A DNA stretch of 63,847 nucleotides, the filler included, from Choristocarpus tenellus KU-1152 (Eukaryota; Protista; Phaeophyceae): assembly GCA_964200185.2 (NCBI GenBank). It is 10 parts of 10 records of this genome, joined end to end, with 100 filler letters (N's around TTAATTAATTAA, not from the genome) between each part and the next. Parts side by side here need not be neighbours in the genome. Positions count along the whole stretch, not along the records: positions 59,919 to 63,847 come from CAXNAD020017088.1; 9 more parts are not named here. One strand, given 5' to 3'. Each line of letters begins with the position of its first letter. The first letter of the stretch is position 1. Below, piece after piece: positions 59,919 to 63,847 of the stretch. Under the pieces are notes generated by a model that saw only the letters and a program-made list of their open reading frames with translations, did no database searches and was not told the DNA's origin. Position numbers and translations under genes: made by a program.

Positions 59919-62900
59919 AAATGCAACTTGAACAGGGATTTGGGCAGTTGGTTCATCCCCTCCCACCGTTTCCTCCGTTGTTCCTAAGTTCCCATCGCTC
60001 TTTTTGACGTCTGGTAGACCCCCCTTTCCTCGCCCTGTGCAGGTGCCACTGCAAGTCTCAGGCACAGTGACCCTTTTGGGGAGTTCTCGCCCTGCTGACT
60101 GAGTGGGGTTGGAATCTTCCTCTTCCCCCCGTAACAAAACGCTCTTCCAGATTCTCAAATGAAGAGGCATCATCACCACATGGTTTTCAGGGTCACACAC
60201 GAAACAGTGGGCGGAGATTGTTGAGGAGGAGAGGGAAGACGTTTCACCAAATCGTCCTCTTGATGCTGTAGATGCATATGGCAATAACAAGGTGTGGTTT
60301 AAGTCCCTGTCCTTACACTCTACTGCCTCTGTATGTCCTTCCTCATTCTGGGAGTAGAGCTTCTCTGAGATTTATTCGGAGGAGTTTCATGTCTAAGGTG
60401 TATTCAATCTTGTTGCCTGGGTTCAGGATTGGAATTGAGATCAGTGTCGGTTTTTTGGTGAGTGATGGTACGACAGATTGAGACAAAGTACCCGAAAGGT
60501 ACCCGGGTTTTGGCTGTTTTGCATTTTAAGCCTGTTTTGAATCTTTTAAAATCCACCCATATTTGTATGGATGAAGTGCTGAGTTTGACGTGAAAGCGTT
60601 AATCTCTCTACTGTTTGAGAATTACTGACACAATTCAGACAAAATCCGATCCAAGGTTCTTTTATAAAGCCGAATTTTGAACATTATTGTCAGCATCCTT
60701 AAAATGCAACTCTGGTTACCTTTTGTTTACTTTGTCTCTAGGCAGGTCTGCATTCTAGGCCATCTTTCTTAACCTGTGTAATACACCCTATTTCATTGCA
60801 TATACACAAATAGTGTACCCAAAATTGATACTCCCCCTTTCTGCACACAGAGTGACTACACAATTCAGCAAAGGTGCGTTGTGCAATTTACAATATTGTA
60901 CTTTGAAGTAACTTGTAACCGCTTCTCAGGATCTTCAAAACGAAACTTTGTTTACCTCTCAATTACTTTGGCTCATGACACCAGGAAGGATGCCGCACTC
61001 GCAGAAGACAGGCAACAACATCTTGGGAGGAGGTTCAAAATGTAGCATTGTTGGCGAAATGAGAAGTTCAAGAACTGCACTATCCAGTACTAAAGCACAT
61101 ACTGGAGATGACAATGTCAATGAATGGGCTGTATTAATCGACTTGCACACCAGTGTCATATGTGGGACCTATTGAGAACCATTATTGCTACACAGCAGCC
61201 ACATTGAGGTCAAAAATGCACAAAGTCAATATCATTCCTTTTCCAAACCTAACAGACACTCAGAGACAGTCTCTGAAGACGCCATTCAAGGACTGAACTG
61301 CAGTAAAGTACCACACAATTCAGTTTTCTCACCATTCTGTGGTCTTTGAAAGCATCTGAGCTATGCATTGCAGAGATGTATGTGTTCTCCTTCCCCCTTG
61401 TGGAGATAGTAGAAATGTGTTTGGCAGTACTGGTAGTGGTTATACTGTGATCAACTTGATGCCTCCCTTGTCCTTTCAGGTATGCCATGATGTCAGGCCA
61501 GAAGACGAGCTGCTCATCTAAGGGTGTTGAGAGGACGATCTCCTCATTGTCATTGCTGAGCTCTCTTGTTTCACTTTGAGAGTCTTGCTCGGGCACAGTC
61601 CCAGCTAGACTAATCACTACCCCTGCCCCTATATCTGCTCCGAATTTACGGAAAGTTGAAGCCACAGTGCCAGCATGCATCATATAGCTTGTCTTCTCCT
61701 GTTGTGATGCAAAGTTGTGAGATGCGGACCTATGATGATGTCCATAACAACAAGAAGGATCTTTGGGGGAATTGCAGTTGGAAGATCTGACGTTGACTTC
61801 ATTGACATCATGAGTGAGAATTATACTCCATTGGACCCCCCCTTTACACTTACTTCACCCAACTGGCGTTTTTTTTAATACTGCAAATTGTGATGAGACA
61901 ATTTGTGTTTCCAGGTGTGGCGTGAACTGTGAAATACAATAGCAGACCGTTAAAAAATATATCAACCTTGTTCCTTTATCCCTTGCAAATGTTCCTCTCC
62001 GCAATTGAAGTGGTGGGCATTAAATTGCCTTTTGGACTCTGAGTCAAATACAAGTGGCATTTTTTTGAAGGGTAGAGGAACTCGGCAGGATTAAATGCTG
62101 GTCTAGCAAGCAGGAATACTAGCACTAGTTCACAAACTGAAGGATGGGCGTATGGAGAAAGTGCCGACATGTATTCTGGGTTGCACTGGGCTATTTTTGT
62201 TGTTTTACAACCTCTAGGGTGGTCAAATGAGGGCAACAAGCAGAATTTGAACGTGGGGTAAGCTCAGATGAGGGTTGCAGAACGTTAATGACGCTTGATT
62301 TAGAGAATGGTGAATCTACGTGTAGGCAGTGTTGCAACAGAAATGAGGTGATTAGAAAAAGGATGTCAGGTAGAGCCAATACCAGTAAATCCAAAGTACC
62401 AAGGTATATCTGGTGACATGTTTAAATGAGGAGAGCAATCAGGTACATTAGTTCCATTCTACCCCAAAATACACTCAAAGTACAAATAGTTGGGAAGATA
62501 TTATTGTCCTGTGCACTCTTGAGTACAATACATAGACTTCACTTAGTCGAGGATTTTGCATATGACCTGAAAAGAGGTCATCGTGTCCAGACTTTATCAG
62601 TCAGAAGTAGGACAGCGTACGCATTAGAAGTGATTAATTAGGACTCTGATGCTATATTTCAGAGCAAATGAACACTATTCCCAGAAAATTTTATTTTATA
62701 ATGGACAGCTTCCGGGCTCAACCTATGGCAATTGCTCGTATGCTTGCCTTCATTCTTCTCACCGTGCAGTCTCTTTCCAGTGCACGACCAAGATCACGCA
62801 GACGTCTTGCCAGTCCTATGCGTTCGCCATTGAAGATCTTGAGCAGCACTTTCTCTCGTGCTCTATTCCGTGCTGCATCCTGAAGGGCATCACGGCGCCC

Positions 62901-63508
62901 CCGCTTGTAGCGTTTCTGGGTCGTTGTGGGACGTAGAAGAGGTTCATGAACCCCAATTCTTCGGAGATCACTTCGTAGCTCCCCCGTTTCGAGCACATTT
63001 GCTAGAACCTTCCACTGTACCTCCCATTCTGAGGAGCACATTTTTCCGATATCTATTTCCCGACCTATGGGTAGTACTGTTGATGATTGGTGGTCCTTCA
63101 ATGATGACGCGATATTTATCAGCAAAGCAGGCGAAATTGAGACTCCAAGACATTCTAGTGCGTCCAACACGTCCTCGACAAGTATGTAGTCAGAGTATTC
63201 CTGAGTGTTGAACGGTAGGAAATGCACAGTTGCTCTGCATTAGAGCTTTCAAATACGAGACGAAGCTTTCCTTACGTAGTATCGTAAACGTTTTTCTTTC
63301 TCATGTAGTAGGGAGTGGCAGATAGGTCATGACGCGCTGAGATGGTAGAGGTGAGAAGCTCTTGGTCGAAAACCCAGACCTTGGATCGGCTACGAAACGC
63401 TGCACGCAAGTCTTGGCGGAGAAGGATTTGACTCTCATAGAGATTGTAGAGCTTAACGAGGAGGGTCTCAGGTCGACTACGAGCAGGCCCAGACCTTTGT
63501 GTGGACAT
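59919..63508 (-). CDS. Unidentified multi-exon protein; exon chain unresolved
   Basis: Coding-like segments at 63508-63276, ~63200-62763, ~61700-61380 and ~60290-59919, with GT donors at 63275 and 62762. Phases could not be joined cleanly and no family was recognised. Confidence 0.4.
60505..60714 (-). mobile_element. Dispersed ~200-bp repeat, MITE-like family 2 (copy 2)
   Basis: Inverted TTGCATTTTAAG (60519-60530) / CTTAAAATGCAA (60698-60709); homologous to 11704-11900. Confidence 0.6.
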
Positions 63509-63777
63509 TGCTTTCTGGAGTTGCTATCGAAAATGTGACAAGAAAATTTGAAACCGAAACGTACCTATATAATAGTTTTCTATCAGATATAACATACAAT
63601 TCATACACGAAACAAATATATACATACATGTTGACGATATTTTCATTAAAAAAATTAAAGAATAGAAGCATCTGAAACAAAGAGAAATTAATCGTACCTC
63701 CCCACAATCATAGAGAACTCACCAATCTAGATTTTACCATTTGATGGCTCCAACTGGTGTGAAGAGGGTCGTTGCAT

Positions 63778-63847
63778 GGCTCAAATTATCTGGGAGGGGG
63801 TAGCGGCTGTCCATTTGGGGTCAATTTTTTCATGTCACGATTTTGGG
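63778..63847 (+). mobile_element. MITE family 1, left part cut by the window end
   Basis: GGCTCAAATTATCTGGGAGGGGGTAGCGGCTGTCCATTTGGGGTCAATTTTTTCATG aligns to 45229 onward. Confidence 0.8.

Noticed and set aside
100-63707. Most 60-150 aa ORFs in the supplied track as independent small genes
   Set aside because: They are intronic or antisense frames, microsatellite translations (CVCVCV, HTHTHT), or exon fragments extended into introns from non-ATG starts.

Overview
This is not a continuous locus. It is ten eukaryotic contigs joined by artificial 100-bp linkers (N44-TTAATTAATTAA-N44), so adjacency means nothing across linkers. The DNA is intron-rich and looks like a stramenopile, probably a brown alga or close relative. 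That is an inference from the scattered CCCTAA repeats, the gene style and the retroelement type. Hand-spliced genes: a partial ACC-synthase-like PLP aminotransferase; the C-terminus of VPS13 with a very long tail; an apparently complete secreted/anchored protein with two 10-Cys repeats; an ETHE1 persulfide dioxygenase fused to an N-terminal DUF442-like Cys domain; a NuSAP-like SAP protein divergent from a GOST/TMEM87-like gene; a partial SLC35F-like transporter; a polyQ-GYF protein; a split OTU protease; an EMC4-like 5' end divergent from an acidic nuclear protein; and one unidentified gene. Mobile DNA: a decayed 8-exon DUF7869/Sola-like transposase, a MULE fossil, three 3' ends of a REL-endonuclease non-LTR retrotransposon (one with a 12-bp TSD) and two MITE-like families. 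The best novelty candidates are the spliced DUF442-ETHE1 (Blh-like) sulfur-oxidation fusion, the 10-Cys surface repeat domain, the NuSAP-like protein and the intron-rich transposase. All family calls come from recognising motifs by eye; no searches were run.
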